Positions 39,534 to 59,960 of a stretch of DNA of 64,000 nucleotides are shown here, piece after piece; the stretch's first letter is position 1, and every line of letters starts with the position of its first letter. The notes beneath the pieces are model-generated. The model did no database searches. It was not told the origin of the DNA and worked only from the letters and a program-made list of their open reading frames with translations. The translations under genes and the position numbers were made by a program. The stretch comes from the human T2T-CHM13v2.0 reference genome, Homo sapiens: NCBI RefSeq assembly GCF_009914755.1, contig NC_060941.1; one strand, given 5' to 3'.

Positions 39534-42500
39534 TTCTGATTTCTATGAAAAGACTTATTGTATATATGTATCTTAACTATGTGGATGTACATGAAAAACT
39601 GGAAATAAAATAAAAATAGGAACAGTGGGTGAGATAAGCACTGGCTAACTGTTCATCCTGGGCCAGCAGAAGCCAACGAGGGCAGATACTGAGGGTGCTA
39701 GAAAAGGCAGGCAGAGCCACCAGCAGCATCCCCTGGGAGCAGGAGGAGGAGCATCTTCATTTGGGGTACACTGCAAATGAAAAACTGCTGCTTAGAACTC
39801 CTTTTCTGGATGTCCAAATGTACCACAGAGCTTAATATATTCTTGCACTCTTTTTAAAAATGATAACTATGGCAATTTGTTTGCTATTTCTTACTGTTTT
39901 AGGAGGACTCATCTTATTTTCAAACTAGACTGTCAAGTGCTCAAGGAGAACTGCCTACTTTTCTTGCAGTTTCCATTGTCATACCTCCCATACCGCCTGT
40001 TGTATCATAGGACTTCGGGGGACAGTGGGCTCAGTCACTGGCTCTCAGAGCTGAAGGGCACTTAAAGATAATCGGATTGAATTTTAACTGATAACTTGAT
40101 CTAAAAAGCCAAAGAAGCAGGCAGGCCCTTTCCTGATGGAGAGGGAGGGGCAGGGCTAAGCATGACACCTTTGAGCTTGCTCTGAGCAGCAGCCTGAGGG
40201 CGTTTCAGACAGTGGCCTGGCCACTCTGTGGGAAGCCAGGCCCCCAGTGGATGGTGCTGGAGCAAAAGCTGGGGCCCAGCACTCAGGTTTTGGGGAGGCT
40301 GGAGCGGGTCTGGGTGGGAAGGGCGGATGCCTGCTCCACAGGCTGATGTGCTTTCCTGCCTTGACGTGAACGTGCCCCCGGCCTGGTGCTGTGCTGGCTC
40401 CCACCCTGTCTCCGACAGCCAGGAGCCAGGCCTGAGTGTCTGCCTTCCGCCAGCTTCCATACAGGTGTGGGGGGCTCTGTGCATACCCCATTGTTCCACA
40501 ACAGCCCCCCCTAGCTGGGTGGCAGTATGAATGGACGGCAGCTAAATTTAGAGTGGAACTCCTGGGGCCACCACAAAGGAGGGACTACATCTTCAGGAGG
40601 GCGGGTGGGCGGGAAAGGGACAGGGGAGAGAAGCTATTTTGAGAACACATGTCATTGCTGGCCACAGAGCAAGACTGTGGCCATAATGCTGAGGGAAACA
40701 ATAGATGTGGCCAGAGGAAGAGCCTGTTATGTTTCAGGTGGGATGTTTGCAACTGCTCAGGAAACCTGACCCCGCCCGACAGCAGCACAAATCACAGCAA
40801 AGCCTCAGAGAGGCAGTGAGGAAGCGGGGGATTCACAGGGCCAGGGCCAGCATGAGGTGCCAAGAGGCCACGCCTCATGCCTGGAGGAGCATTTTCAGTG
40901 ACTGCTTTGCCCTGGTGGTTTGGTTAGGAATCAAACACTTCTGACCAACTTCCCAAACCAAGTACCCTGCCCTGGTCTCTGAACAACTCCAAATGGCAAT
41001 GGGAACAAAAAGAACTCAGGAGAAAAGCAGCAAGGTGGGCAGAACCCACAGGAGGAGCTGTCTCAGGCAACAAGACAGAGCGTGGGCTGAGCCGGAGAGT
41101 GTGGCCTCAAAGCCCTGGGTGGGCGGACTTGGCGCCCCCAGCATCCAGGGGCCTGCCTGGGCGCTGCAGCTCCAGCTGCACAGGCCCTGAGAGCTCCCCA
41201 CACCCCTTTTCTGACCTCCAGTCGGCCCCACTCACCAGCCTCTGTGCAACGCCGGAAGCAGGGAGGGACAGGCTGCAGAGGGAGACCAGGCCTCACCTCC
41301 CCCATGCTCACAGAAGAGCTTAGGCGGCCCAGGGGTCTAGGTAAGAGCAGGGAAGTGGGGGTGTGGTTACAGCCCCAGATCTCACTTGGACTTTATAGCT
41401 ATCCTGGGGGCCAGGAGGATTTTTTTCAACCCCATCTTCACATCCCCTTCCCCAAACATGCGTGGTTCCTGTTTTGCCACATCTGTGAGAGGCGCTGGGA
41501 ACGGGGACTTGCCTTACACCTCTCGGTTAACACCCTGGAGACTGATGGAGTTCAGAGCAGGGTAATTTACAGCCCATCCCTCCAATCTTAATTCACTCGA
41601 TGCTCCTTTCTTCCTTATTGTATTAGTGTGACCCAGGTACCTGCCAACAATAATGGCCTCTCCAGCTAGGAGCCTCTCCCCAACTCCCAGGACAATTTAT
41701 ACCTTTTCCTTGGATTTTCCCCCCTTAAATTAAACAAAAAGAGGAAAAATGAGAAAAGGTTAGCATGGGTTTGGAGCACTGAAGCCCCCGTGGTTCTGGG
41801 CAGGAAGCCAATGGCCTGAGGGCACACATGTGTGTGCTCTCCCAGAAGGGCCTTCACCGGCCCTGTTTTACAGCCACCTCGGCACAGACTCCAGGGTTCA
41901 CGCATATGGCCAGACAGATGTGTCTGGCTTACGTTCAAGGCTGGAAAATGAAGAATTATGGAAGTGAAGGGCCCCGGGCATTAAAGCGGGGTGGGGAAGG
42001 GAAGGGGGGAATTTTTCCTCTGCTGAGAAATCCTCTTGTGGCTGTGAGGCTGGAGGAAGGAGGCTGACAGGAGGCAGGGCCGCCAGCTTGGTGCATGTGG
42101 GGCCTGTTCTTAAAGGGGCCACAGCAACCCCAACTCCAGCTGGCCCGCAGCAGGCCTTCCATGCTTGGGCCTAAGCAGCTTCCTCAGAAGGAGCTGATCA
42201 GGAGAACAGGCAGCCTGGACAGGGCCCACCAGGCGCACGGGAAGTCAAGCGTTGGAGGAGACCTCCAATTCTGAAGGTGCTGCTGGTCGCTGGAGAGGCA
42301 AAGCTAAACACCAAGCTCCAGAAGCGGATGGATCCTGGCAGCATGTGCTCCCTCGGCATCCTGGACTTGCGTTTTGTACGGACGCTCATTCACACTTCAA
42401 ATCACTTGTCAAGGACTCTACCACACTGTACCACTGTACACTCTGGAATGTGATTAGTTCTGTGTCCCCCAGACACTGGCACAGTAAATGCTCAATGCCG

Positions 42501-42977
42501 CTTGCTAAACTGAGCTGAAGACATGCCTCCCGATTCCAAGGAGTGCACAGACAATGTGGGAAACAAGTCCAGAAATAACTGGAACATGAGACATGATGGC
42601 AGGTCCACAAATGAAGCCTGAAGAGTGTCACAGGAACGCTAAGCAGAGGCAGACGGATTCCTCCTGGGGGAGACCAGGGGGGGCTTCACTGGGGAAGTGG
42701 AGTTTCATCTGGGGATTGAAGGAGGAATAGAATTTCGACAGGTAACAAGACATATGGAGCAGAAAAAGGGCACTCTGCTTTGAGGGACAGCATGAACAAA
42801 AACCCGAGTGGAAAAAGGCAGAGCATGCCTAGGGAGTGGAAAGGAAGGTGGGTGTCACTGTCCAGGCAGGAGGGCCTTAGTGTCTGCACAGGCATTTTAC
42901 GTGCACTGTGGTTCATTCCGAGGCCTCACAGCAGCTCTAATATTGGTGCTTTTACCACTTTCACTAAAAAAGTGTTT

Positions 42978-43123
42978 AAGAGACGGGGTTTTGCTATGTT
43001 GCAGTGGTTATTCACGGGCATGATCACTGCACACCATAGCCTTGTACTCCTGGGCTCAAGCTATCATCCAGCCTCAGCCTCCTGAGTAGTTGGAACCATA
43101 GGCACGTGCCCACTGTGTCTGGC
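42978..43123 (-). mobile_element. FAM/FLAM-type 7SL-derived Alu monomer
   Basis: GCAGTGGTTATTCACGGGCATGATC, a 7SL/FAM-like segment, in a monomeric body. Confidence 0.7.
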
Positions 43124-43673
43124 ATTACTTTCATTATAAAGATGAGGAAACAGGCTCAGAAAAGTTAAATAATCTGCCCAATGTCATATAACTAGTAAGG
43201 GTTCATGAGGGATGGGGTAGTGGGAGAAGAGGCTGGAAAAACAGACTGGGAACAGATCAAAAAGCCTTAAATGCCAATAATAGGGAATTAAGACTTTTTT
43301 TTACTAGCCAAGCAAAGGCCTGATGATTTCTGAGCAGGGGAGTGGCTCTTTCAGGAAGAGAATGATGGAGGCAGTGCAGTGAATAGGAGCCTGGTGGGCA
43401 GGAGCCTGGTATGCTACAAACTCCAGGAGGTGCCACTTACAGAAACAAGGCAAATGGCACCTTCTGGGGCTGTGCAACGCAGGGGCCTTGACTGCTACAC
43501 TCTAAGCAACTACTTGACCTAGAATAGTAGTAGTGGCAATGGAAACAGAGAGGAGAAGAGGGAATAAATGTGTGAATAAATAGTATTTAATATGAAATTA
43601 GATACTAGGGGTTAAAAGCCAGAGTGGAATTTAAGATGATGCTCTAGTTGCTACTATTATTGTCACTGAATAC

Positions 43674-46215
<2,542 letters not shown>

Positions 46216-47090
46216 AGCACTTTCATTTAACAGATGAGGAAACAGGCTCTGAGAAGCTGAATGATTTGCCCCATGTTACAAAGCTATTTAGGTGGCAGGG
46301 CCTAGACTGTCACTGGGTCTGCCTGATCACATGCATCAAACCCTATGCCAAAGGACAGGGTTGGAAATGGGCATCCTTAAAGAAGCGGAGTGGGTGGCTT
46401 GATGCTTCCCTATGCACACGGTTCACCTTTAAACGGGGAGCAGGACTGCCTCTTCCCTGTCTGCCCCGAGCCCTAGAGGACAGCAAACGGCCTCACAGCA
46501 CAAGGGAACAGACCTAGAAGGCCAGGAAGAAACACTTGCTGGGGGTGAAGGCACAGGCCCGTGAGAGGGCTGATGGGGGTCAAAGTCCCTGTGTGGAGAT
46601 TAAGTAGTTTGTCTCTGCAAGGGTGTAGGGAGTATCTTGTCCAGAGGAGTCTTCCATTTCATTGGGAATCCAGGCAAGCAGACTGTGGCCATGCCATCCT
46701 CTCCCTGGGAACAGGCGTTCTGAAGTAAGAATCCACAGCCTCTCCAGGGATATCTGGATAAGGCTCAGGGAAACTCTGAAACCCCTCACATTGTGTGAAA
46801 GATCATGTATGTGTGGTGTGCATTTGGAGATTCTCACTGGGGAAGCAGCTTTTCTCAGAGTCTCTGAGAAGACCGTACCCCTGCCTTGGAGCCCAGGATG
46901 AGGGAGACTCTAGGCACCAAACCTGCTACCAGAATTTAGTGGTAGAGTGAAAAACGGGTAGAGCTAGAGAGAACACTGCAGGACTGACTCACTCTTAGTG
47001 TCCTGCTCAGCTCTGCTCTCTGCCCACATCCTCTCACGCCCTAGACAGCAACCCCCATAGTGGGAACCACGCTCCCCAGGCCGACTTCAC

Positions 47091-47237
47091 CTGGATCTTT
47101 TCCTGGCGACGCTGCTGCTCAGCTATCTTCCTGGCCAGAGCCAGCTTCTTGGCCCGAAGCTCCCTGATGTCATCCTCGCCTCCGCTGCCTTCAGCCTCTG
47201 AATCTTCCTCAAAGTCTTCAATCACCACATCCTCCTC
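47091..47237 (-). CDS. SMG6: SMG6 exon 15
   Basis: EEDVVIEDFEEDSEAEGSGGEDDIRELRAKKLALARKIAEQQRRQEKIQ|gtgaag; 147 nt. Confidence 0.95.
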
Positions 47238-48139
47238 CTTTGGGTGGTGGAGCCGACCAGGACAAAGAGGAGACAGTTAGCTGGGCCCATGGCTCTTACT
47301 GAACCCAACATTGCCCTTGTGGCCCCTCACCCACGCAGACTGGGACCATCCCTTGCAAAGGGTCCCCTGGTGTGTGCTTCCCTCTACTCAGGCAAAGGGA
47401 GGTTGACAAAAGCTGTCACTCTTCCCCCGGAGCTGCTCTCTTTTATACTCTGGGGCTTTTCCCTCAGAGAGTTACACCATAAGTCACTCGCAATCACACA
47501 TATATACCTGCGTGCTTTACTCACACTCTGTGTTCTTCCTGGTACACACTCACAAAGTCAAACTTTAGGCCTATTTTCATTCTGAAGTCACCAATGATTC
47601 AAGAGGGAAACAACAGAGAAAGTTAAACCACCCAACTTAAATCTAATTCATGCTAACGATCTGATAGGAATCAGCTCTGGCCAACAGCTGGGAATGAGGC
47701 GTGGAAGTTCCCTTGCCGCAGACAGCATCAGGGACAGATGCTGCAGCTCAGCAGACCTCGCCCTGGTTTCTTTTGAAGACTCCAGCCTGGTGGTGTGAGG
47801 ACTGCTGGGCCCCTTTACTGGAATTCACATGACATGACCTTGCTCAGCTGCCCTCAATGGCCTGGGCAGGGTAGGAGGTGGCTGGCTGGCTTAAGGAGCC
47901 TCCTGCCAGGCTGGTGGCACATTCCCCAAGGATGGCACCTCCCTACTTGCAGCCTCAGCTCTTAGCAGCCATCACTCCCTGGGTGGTCCCAGGCTCCATT
48001 CCTTGCTTTCTTACTTTTGGCCTTGGTCAACAGAGAACATGCAGCTGCCCAAGATAGCTTCCTTTGAGGGACAGGGTTAGCATGGGTACACAGGGAATAA
48101 TTTAGTAGAAGGTTCCTGTTTCTAACTGGATTATAATAA

Positions 48140-48400
48140 TGACAGTGATGACAACAGCTATCACTTACTGAGTGCTTATTACTGGCCAGGTACCGGGCTA
48201 CCCATTTTTCATGTATTAACTCAGTTAATCCTCACAACAGCCTGTGAGATAAGATAGGTGCTATCACCATCCCTATCTTATAAATGAACAAACTGAGGTT
48301 TAGAAGTCAACACCTCGCTCAGGGTCACATGGCTAGTAAAGGCAGAACAGGGATTGAAGCCCAAGTGAATCTGACTCCAAAGTTTATGCTCTTACCAATA
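48140..48400. mobile_element. MIR
   Basis: TTAATCCTCACAACAGCCTGTGAG...AAACTGAGG...GGTCACATGGCTAGTAA MIR core. Confidence 0.8.
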
Positions 48401-50387
48401 ATAATAAGCTAAGCCATCCTGAATCCAGACCAGAAGCTCAGATCCAGCCCTCAGTGGCTCAGCATCGTGAGGCCTGCTGCAGGCCCACCCTAGATCTGTT
48501 CAGTACAGACTGCTCTCTTCTCTAACTGTCCAGCTCAAGGTCATATACAGATGGAATCTCTTGACTGAAAGGGATTACTCAGGTGGGTGGCTGGGTAGAT
48601 GACGGGGGTATACTTTGCCTTGTGAGCAGAATCTAGGGGTGTTTTGGTAGGATCCCTAAGCGACTAAACTGTGTTCTATTCACAAAGAACTATGTCTGAA
48701 GAAACACCTTTCCCTACCTCTCCCAATCTGCTGAAGTGATTCAGTTTTGCAGTTTGGGGAGAGATGAGATCTGAGGATGGGGCCAGAACTGTCACTATCC
48801 TAAGAGATGTCAGGGGTCTGGGATGCTGTCCACAGTCACCATTCATCTGACACAGGCATGCTATAGTGTCACAGCGCTCACCTCCAGAGAGGCCCAGGCC
48901 GTGGAAAGAAGGAAAACTCTGCACATTCACTTCCTTGTTCATGAGGTTAACCCAGACTGCAGTGAGCGGGACAGAATGCCTGCCTAGCCCATGGGGGAAC
49001 ACTGCCTCTGCCTGCTCTGACTAGGGATATACAAGGTTATCACGGGGCTTGAAGTGAGCTTGACTGAGGTCAAAAGAGGGTCAGAGAAGCTTGTCTGAGG
49101 TTGGCTCAGCTCTCACAGTAAACGAGGAAGTGCAAGGTTATGAAATTACACAGACCAGGGTAAGCACAGTTTCCCAGAGGCCACTAACATGAAGGAACCC
49201 AGGAGACTCGTGGGAAAAGGAAGAAGTGGGCAGCCTGGTGTGGGTCACAACCTTTGTCTGGTCAATAAGCCTTAGAACGAGAAAAAAAAGTGTGGCACTA
49301 CCAAGATCCGGGACCAGAGAAGTCATCTGTTCCTTGTGAGGGCAGAGAAGGCCTTCTCTGGCTTTGGTGCTGTGGCCCTCTCTGGGCCTCACTTGCCTCA
49401 CTGGATTTGGGACTGCAGGCTCCCCTGGCCACAGGGCATCTTTGGGCAAGCCTGGGAGCTAACCTGGCTGTGCCCTCAGCCTGAAAGTGCGGGTGAAAGA
49501 GCTGACGGAGGCACTGCTCCACCTGTGCTTCCCCACACAGTACCCAGGGCTTGGGTGGCACTGCTCTGCCCTGCCTGAAGCCTGGATGCCCTGCCAGCTT
49601 TAGCAAGCCTGCTGTCCCCTCCCATGCTAACAGCTCATTCTTTCCCATTATTCTCTGCCCAGGTTTCATCTGGAGAGTCTGGAATCCTAGGCTCAGCTTT
49701 ATCCCTGGAACCACCTCTGTCCTGGAAGCTGAGCCCTATGTCATCAGGGGTGGGGTGGGGCTCTCCAGTTATTCTAATGAAGCCAGTCCAAGACTCTGCT
49801 GCTCTCAGGACTCTGATCCAAAGGTGGCCACTCTATCACTGTTTCAGATCACAAACGACAGCTTCCAGCTGACATCTGGCTTCCTTGGCCTGTTGCTGAC
49901 TTCATCCCTGTACCCCGCCCTGCTCTACCGGGCGCTTGAGACTGCTGCAGGCCAAATGACTGTGTTGGCCTATGGGTGACCTGGCCCCTGGCTAGAATCG
50001 CTTCCGTCCCTTCCCTTAGTCCCATGTTCCTTCCCACCTAAGTCTCTTGTCTTTAACACTGTGGGGTAAAAAGAAGAGTCAACCTTCAGGTAAAAGTGAG
50101 GTGTGTGTGAACACACATCCAGACAGAAATACCCACACCCAGACACACAGCAGGGCAGCTGGAAGTGATACTAAATGCATACATGCTCCAACAACATCAC
50201 ACTCACAACCACTCAGAACCCACAGAGAGCAGGGAAGCTGGCAGCAGTGTTTACTTAAACTGACACACAAACCCAGCACACACAGACCCACATCAACAAT
50301 CACTCCCAGAAAGACACAAATAGGCAATGGCAATATATAGGGCAGGGCAACTGCCAGTGGACTTTTGCAGGGGCGGGTACACAGGCT

Positions 50388-50457
50388 CATGCATGTGCAT
50401 GCGCGTGCGCACACACACACACAGACGCGCACACACACACACAGACACACACACACG
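50388..50457. repeat. Alternating purine-pyrimidine (CA/CG) tract with Z-DNA potential
   Basis: CATGCATGTGCATGCGCGTGCGCACACAC... Confidence 0.8.
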
Positions 50458-51005
50458 AGTCTGGAGTGAAGCAAGGGCTACAGGAACAACCAAGGGCAAA
50501 CAAACAAGAGGAGAATTCCTTAATCACATCAGGATGTGCAGGAGGGAGGGAGGGAACAAGGGAGGGAGGGTAGGGCAGGGGAGGGGTGATTTTCCACACA
50601 GGGCCAGCAATGTCAGCTCTTCCTGTACGTGTGCTGGAGGCTGGAGTTCAGGCCTGTGCTGCATTGGGCTCCACACATCTATAAACTTGATCCTGACCAC
50701 CCCCCTCTCCCTTTCCTAAGCCTCGAGAGCTGCACATTATTCAACTCCTTTCTTTCTTTTCCTCCCTTCTCCTCAATGCAGCATTAAAAGAAGCATCTGG
50801 AACTCGTAGTGGAGTAGGATGGAGGCACCGGGGTGGACTGGCAGGAAGGGGCACCATCAGAGCACACTCTCGAGAAGCTGGCTGGTCACATTAACACAGA
50901 CGCTGTTCTCTGTGCTCATAAATAAGCAGGAGGAAAAGCTGAAGCCACGAGCAGAATGGGGAGGGGGCCTTCCCTCTGCCACAGCGGGCTCTTCCCGCAT
51001 AGTAC

Positions 51006-51182
51006 CTCATCTTCCAGTCGTGTTCCCTCTTGGCTTCCCATTTCCTTTCCCATGGTGTCTGGGACGGGTGCCACTGACACATACTTTCCACCCTTGAATG
51101 CCAGCAGAGGCTCTTCTTGTCCACAAAGGGCTTCCAGAAAATACTTCAGCACTGTGACCCTTTTGCAGTCAGCTGCAATAAC
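51006..51182 (-). CDS. SMG6: SMG6 exon 14
   Basis: tag|VIAADCKRVTVLKYFLEALCGQEEPLLAFKGGKYVSVAPVPDTMGKEMGSQEGTRLEDE|gtact; 177 nt. Confidence 0.95.
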
Positions 51183-54100
51183 CTACAGGGTGAGAGGGAG
51201 AGAAGAAAAACAGCATTTTCTGAAAGGGAAGATGGAGACGAGATGTTGCTTGCCGGCTGAGGGGCACAGGGGAACTGTGTCAAAGCTACCAGGCAAGGGG
51301 GTCAGAATGAATGACGGGGTGCGGAGGGCACAAGGGCATGTCAGGTGGTAAGTGAGGGCCCAGGGCAGGCTGAGGATCAAGATCTTCTGAGGTTATCTCT
51401 CCTTAGGTTATCTCTGGGGCAGCAGACAACCCCAGGGACCAGTGACAGGTGCCTTACATTTATTTGAGTAAGGTCCTGATACAAAACAGAATATATGACA
51501 TATCTTCTAAGTTTGGTCTAGAACCAGCAGAGGGAAGAGTGGAGTGCTTTCACAGCATAGAGCTTTCTGGGGCCCCTCGCTGCCACTCTCCACTCCTCTC
51601 CCAGCACCCCTGCTCCAGACTCCTAAAAGGAGAATTTTCAGCCCAAGTGCAAATTGAATGCTAAGGGCTTTCTTGGCTGTTTCATTTCAACCAGATCATT
51701 TTGGGCTTCCCCTGACAGGTTCCTGCCCTATCTAAGAGCTCCTCATGCTCAAGAGACTAGAGTCAGGCAGGAAATTGTCAGGAGAGAGACAGGCAGAGCA
51801 GGTGGGGATGTTTCACCAAAGCTATACTCTTTCTGACGTTTACGCCAACCTGCTCCCATGTGGCCACATCAGCACACAAGTCAGTGCTGTCAGAGAAGCT
51901 TGGGCTGATTTAGCTGAGATGAAACTCAGTATCTTGAGCAACAGTCAAATGTGTAAGTGTCTCAGATTAAGTGTCCACCGTCCCCCAGTCTGGGCCCCCC
52001 TTCTGGAGGCACCACACCTGCATGCCCTCTCCTCCACACCCGTTTGCTTGGCTCACACTCTCCTCCATGCTTGCCCCTGTGTGCCCTTCTCTTCATCTCT
52101 AGCCTCCAGCATCCTCTTCTCCCTACTGGCTGAGTGCTCACCAAGGGAGAGGGGCCCTGCTGGATCTGGAGCTTGAAAGCTGAAGGCCATTCCACATGGG
52201 AAACACACGTCCGTGGCCAGACGTGCCACAGGGGACGGCCCCTTCATCCTCACTGACTAGCCCCTGCCTCTCTTTTAATGCATCCTCGTTTCTTAGTGTG
52301 AAAGGAACTTCACAGTAATAAGCCTTCTATCTGCAGCACATAGGGAAGTACTAACCTGGAGACTACTGATGATCATTTTACAGGTGCAGGTGTTCTCTCT
52401 CTCATGTGGACAGCAACCCCTCTGGTGGCAAAGCCTAAATCTCATCGTTTTCGTACGTCACTGGCAAGAATTGTAAGGACAAGCTGTGCACACAGTAGGC
52501 TCACAGTAAAGACGGACAGCCCAGGGAAGCTCGGCTGGGTACCACAGAGAGCAGATGAAGCAGGCATGACCCATGTTCTCTAAGACAGTGGAAATAAATG
52601 AGCACCGCTGTGCAGGCTGGCTGCCCAGGAAAGTGCGGCACACACCGGTCAACTGTGTGCTCTGTGGCTGCATCCTCTGCCACCTTCACCAAAAAGCCAA
52701 CCCCGCTTTCCTACACGGTCTAGGAGTGTTCTCTGCTTTCTCTCACCATTGGCCCTGTTACCATTATAGGCTGGAATCTCAAGCTAAGTACTTTGACCAC
52801 CTTCACCTGAGAGGTTGATGTAGAAGGTTCTCGGCTACCCAGAAGGGCTTAGAAAAAGTTCAGCCCCTTGAGCTTGGGGTGCCTGGTCCTGGGCTTGCCT
52901 CCGTGAAGGAGAAGGGAAGCTTGTCTTGGCCCAGGGCAGGTAAGCATGGTTCCATTGCGTGTATTCAAACATGTGATGAGGAAGGCTAGAAATACAGAAG
53001 CAGGGGCTAAAAGGCATTAAAGAACAGAGCCGAAATGAGTAATAGCCTGGCAGGCAGCACGCACAGTGGCCTCCCTGCATCTCCAGCCTCTCACTTGCAT
53101 AGGAAACTTCTGCATTTCCACAAGACTGCCAGTTTCCTCTCTGTGGTCTAATTTTAACCACCTTGTCGTTACAGTGTGTGTCAGCCACCTGACCCCACTA
53201 TGACCTCTGACCTTACGCCCCAGCTACTGCTTGCACTATGGAGAATTATGTAATGGGTCCAGGATTTTCCTTCTTGGTGTGAGGCTGCTGCCACTGAATG
53301 GAGAGGAGAGGGGAGCTAAGGAGTGAGAAGAGGACAGAGGAAAAGCTTGCAATTGTCCTTGGCCTCACCTGGACGATGAGAGGTACACTGGCACCCCTGC
53401 TAAGTGTGCAGAGGAAACCTGCCCAGGACAGGAGTGTGCCACGGACGCATGCACAGACAGGCGGGCAGGAGTGTTGCTGCTGCTAGAGCACGGGCTACAT
53501 GGTATGCTGCGTGGCTAAGAAAGCATGGTTTCTGGCCGACAGGGAGAAAAGCCACATGTGTGGATGTGGGACTCCTGGAGATGGGGATTTCCAGGGCACA
53601 GCAGGACCCAGGGATGTGGACATCCTGAGGCCACCTGCAGCACTTCCTTACAGGGTCTGTGGGAATTGCCTATTCCATGGACACAAGCAACGAGGAGTAG
53701 CCCTCTCCCAGTTTTCATTTCCGCCCCATTTAGAAGGAAATTGGTTTCCTTGGGGATTGTGTCTGTCATAGCTATTAGTTCCTTCTCTAGGACAAGGACA
53801 ACTGCTGGCTGATATGCAAAAGGCTGTGATCTACTGGGGTCTCTGACCTGGTGTTAACAGGCCTGGAAAGGATTCTACCTGTTTGGAGAGAGAAAGGTTG
53901 TCTGTCTTTTGGAAGAGTACCCTGTCCTTTGCAATCCAAGCAGCAGGGAGGATGGTCAAAGCTGTGTAAAGTGTACTGTGGGAGTGAGAAGTGCACAGTC
54001 TGAGCTCTTTAGTAGATGGAGAAACTGAGAGGCAGAATGTCCAGGGCTTGCCCAGAGGCACAGAGAAACCTTCTGTCTGTAGCTCACTGGCCTGTCTGCA

Positions 54101-55182
54101 AAAGCATTCTGTCTTAACTTGGGGGGAATAAGCCCACTGGGGAGAGGACCACCGCTCTCTTGATGCTGGAGTTCTGTAGGAGACTTACGGGAATATTCTC
54201 CTAGACAAAGCCTCCAGCACTTGAGTCAGGGAAAAAGCAACACAAGACAGTTTAAATACAGTTAATAAGAGACTTCATAATGAAAGAAGCCTTTCAAACC
54301 ACTGACAAAAAGCCAATTCCAAGATGATCTTTGCTTGGTCTAGGAGGACTTCCTGGTAGGAGAGGGGTTAAAGCTGGACTCCCTGCTTGGAGAGGAAGGA
54401 CTCCAGATGAAGTCTGTGACATCATCCCCACAGTTAACTCTGCTCGTGAGCACATTTTTCCACTCTATATCAATGAAAACCAGAGAATGTAAGTGGCATG
54501 TATATCGCAGCTCTGGGGGCAAACTCTGGATCCTCCAGAGGAGAAAGAGCTGGGCGGGAGAGGCTCCCTTCCTGGGCTACATTAGCACGTGGGGCTGGAC
54601 TGGGGATAGAGGCGACTAAAAGGGCCGCCAGCCAGGGAACACCCTGGGGAGCCTACGGACCTCTCCTCTGCGGTGTACCTTCTCAGTCACAGTCCTGACC
54701 CTTCTGGAGGGAGATGCACTGTGTAGGCGATTGTCAAGAATTCCCAAGTTAATTGACAAAATATCACATACAAATCATTTCAATCAGCTTGGGAAAGAAA
54801 ACTGGGGCTTTAGGTCAGGGAAGAGCTGAAAGAAAGCCCCTTTCCCTTCCCCTGAAGATTGTCGGAGGCAGCTTACCACTGCAGCAGGAACTGAAACCTT
54901 TAGCTTTAGGGCTCCAGTTATCACTCTAATCAAGTCCACACGCAAAGAACCAAGCAGAAAGGAAAACTGAAAGTGAGATGTGGAGAGGCGATACCGGAGG
55001 CTGTTCTCTCCTAGGCTCAGTTCCTTAGAGAGAGATAATGTAAGCATCGGGTAAGTAGGGGCTGGAGCCAAGGGGAGCGAGGAACAAAGGAGAAAACCTC
55101 TAGGTCAAGAGAGTAGACTGGGTTACTGTTCTGGGGTATTTAAGGTGGAGAGGTGGAGAAGTAAAGAAAAATGGTGTTTCTT

Positions 55183-55603
<421 letters not shown>

Positions 55604-56916
55604 CTATATGCTGCTTTATGAAGGTAGGGAGGGTAAGAGAGAACGGGAACTAAGCACCAGGTATCACATACTCATGTGCTCTGAGTTGCAAGACTTAACA
55701 CCTCAGGGCAGCCCCGGGGAAGGGAGAAAACCTCCAAATCTAGCCAGGGAATATGAGGAAGGGCTGGAGAGCCAGGACCCTGGATGCAAGCTCTAGGGAG
55801 TGAGGGACTCGCTCTATCGTTACCTGGTCCCCGTTTTCTCCAAACAGGCTTCTTGGAAGGCACAACCATGGTTACTAGTCATTTTGCAAAATTTCTTTTT
55901 CTGAATTTTTGGTTTGGAGAAATCGGAGTTTAAACTTGTACTATCAGCCAGTTCTTTTTTCTAGTCTTAACAGTCCAGCTTGCTACTGCTCCTCTGGTTA
56001 AAGAGAACAATCACACGGGTTTCCCCCCACAAACTCAAGTTTACAGGTTGTTTTTGTTGTTTCTCTAAATGGAGCCAATTATTCTCACATTTGTTGAAAC
56101 CTTCAATCAAACTTCATAGCTTGTTAATTTTACAGAATGTCCTTAGAGCAAATAAGATGCAGACAGGAACATGAAGTCTTTCTGAGATTATTAAGAAACC
56201 TTAAAATAGCCTACAAATCCAACACCAAGGCTGGTAAAATACAGGCTGCTTGGCTGGCTTCTGAGGTCAATTAGCAATGGGTTAATTATCATCTTTAATG
56301 AGCCAAACCTCCAGGATTGGCCACAAGAAATTTAACTCAGACTAATGTGTTTTCACAAACTGGGAACCTCTAGTTATGCACTACTCACCCTCAGAGGAAA
56401 CTGAAGGGTGGGAAGCTCAATTCTGTAGCAGCCAAGGGTGGGCCAGCCTACGAAGGGGTCTGCCAATGGAAGTTCAGACACAAGAAATAAAAAATACCAC
56501 ACAGGGAATCCTCTGGAGCTGGGAGGACAGAGGAAATGGTTTATTCACATTCCTAGGGGGAGGGGCCTCCTGGCAGGAAGCAGACTCCAGAAGGCAGGAG
56601 CGAAACTGGCCACAAGGATGCACAGTCAGTCTGAAGACACAGGCAGTAGCTTAGGATGGGGAGACAGACATTCACAGCCTACTTGAGTCAGAAGAAGTTG
56701 GTATGAAATTGAGAAAGAGGCTCATGGGTCAGAGAGGAGGGAAAGAAAGAACCTGTGCAGGGGCTGAATGATAAGGGGGACAGAGTGAGAAAAAGCACAC
56801 ATCCTTGGACCAGATGCATCTCCTGACAACCTCGGAGCATACTGTCCAAGGGATCAATTCAAACAGTATTTCACTCTTTCCCTACCCCTGCTATAGCTGG
56901 GCCTCTTTCTATGTAA

Positions 56917-59960
<3,044 letters not shown>

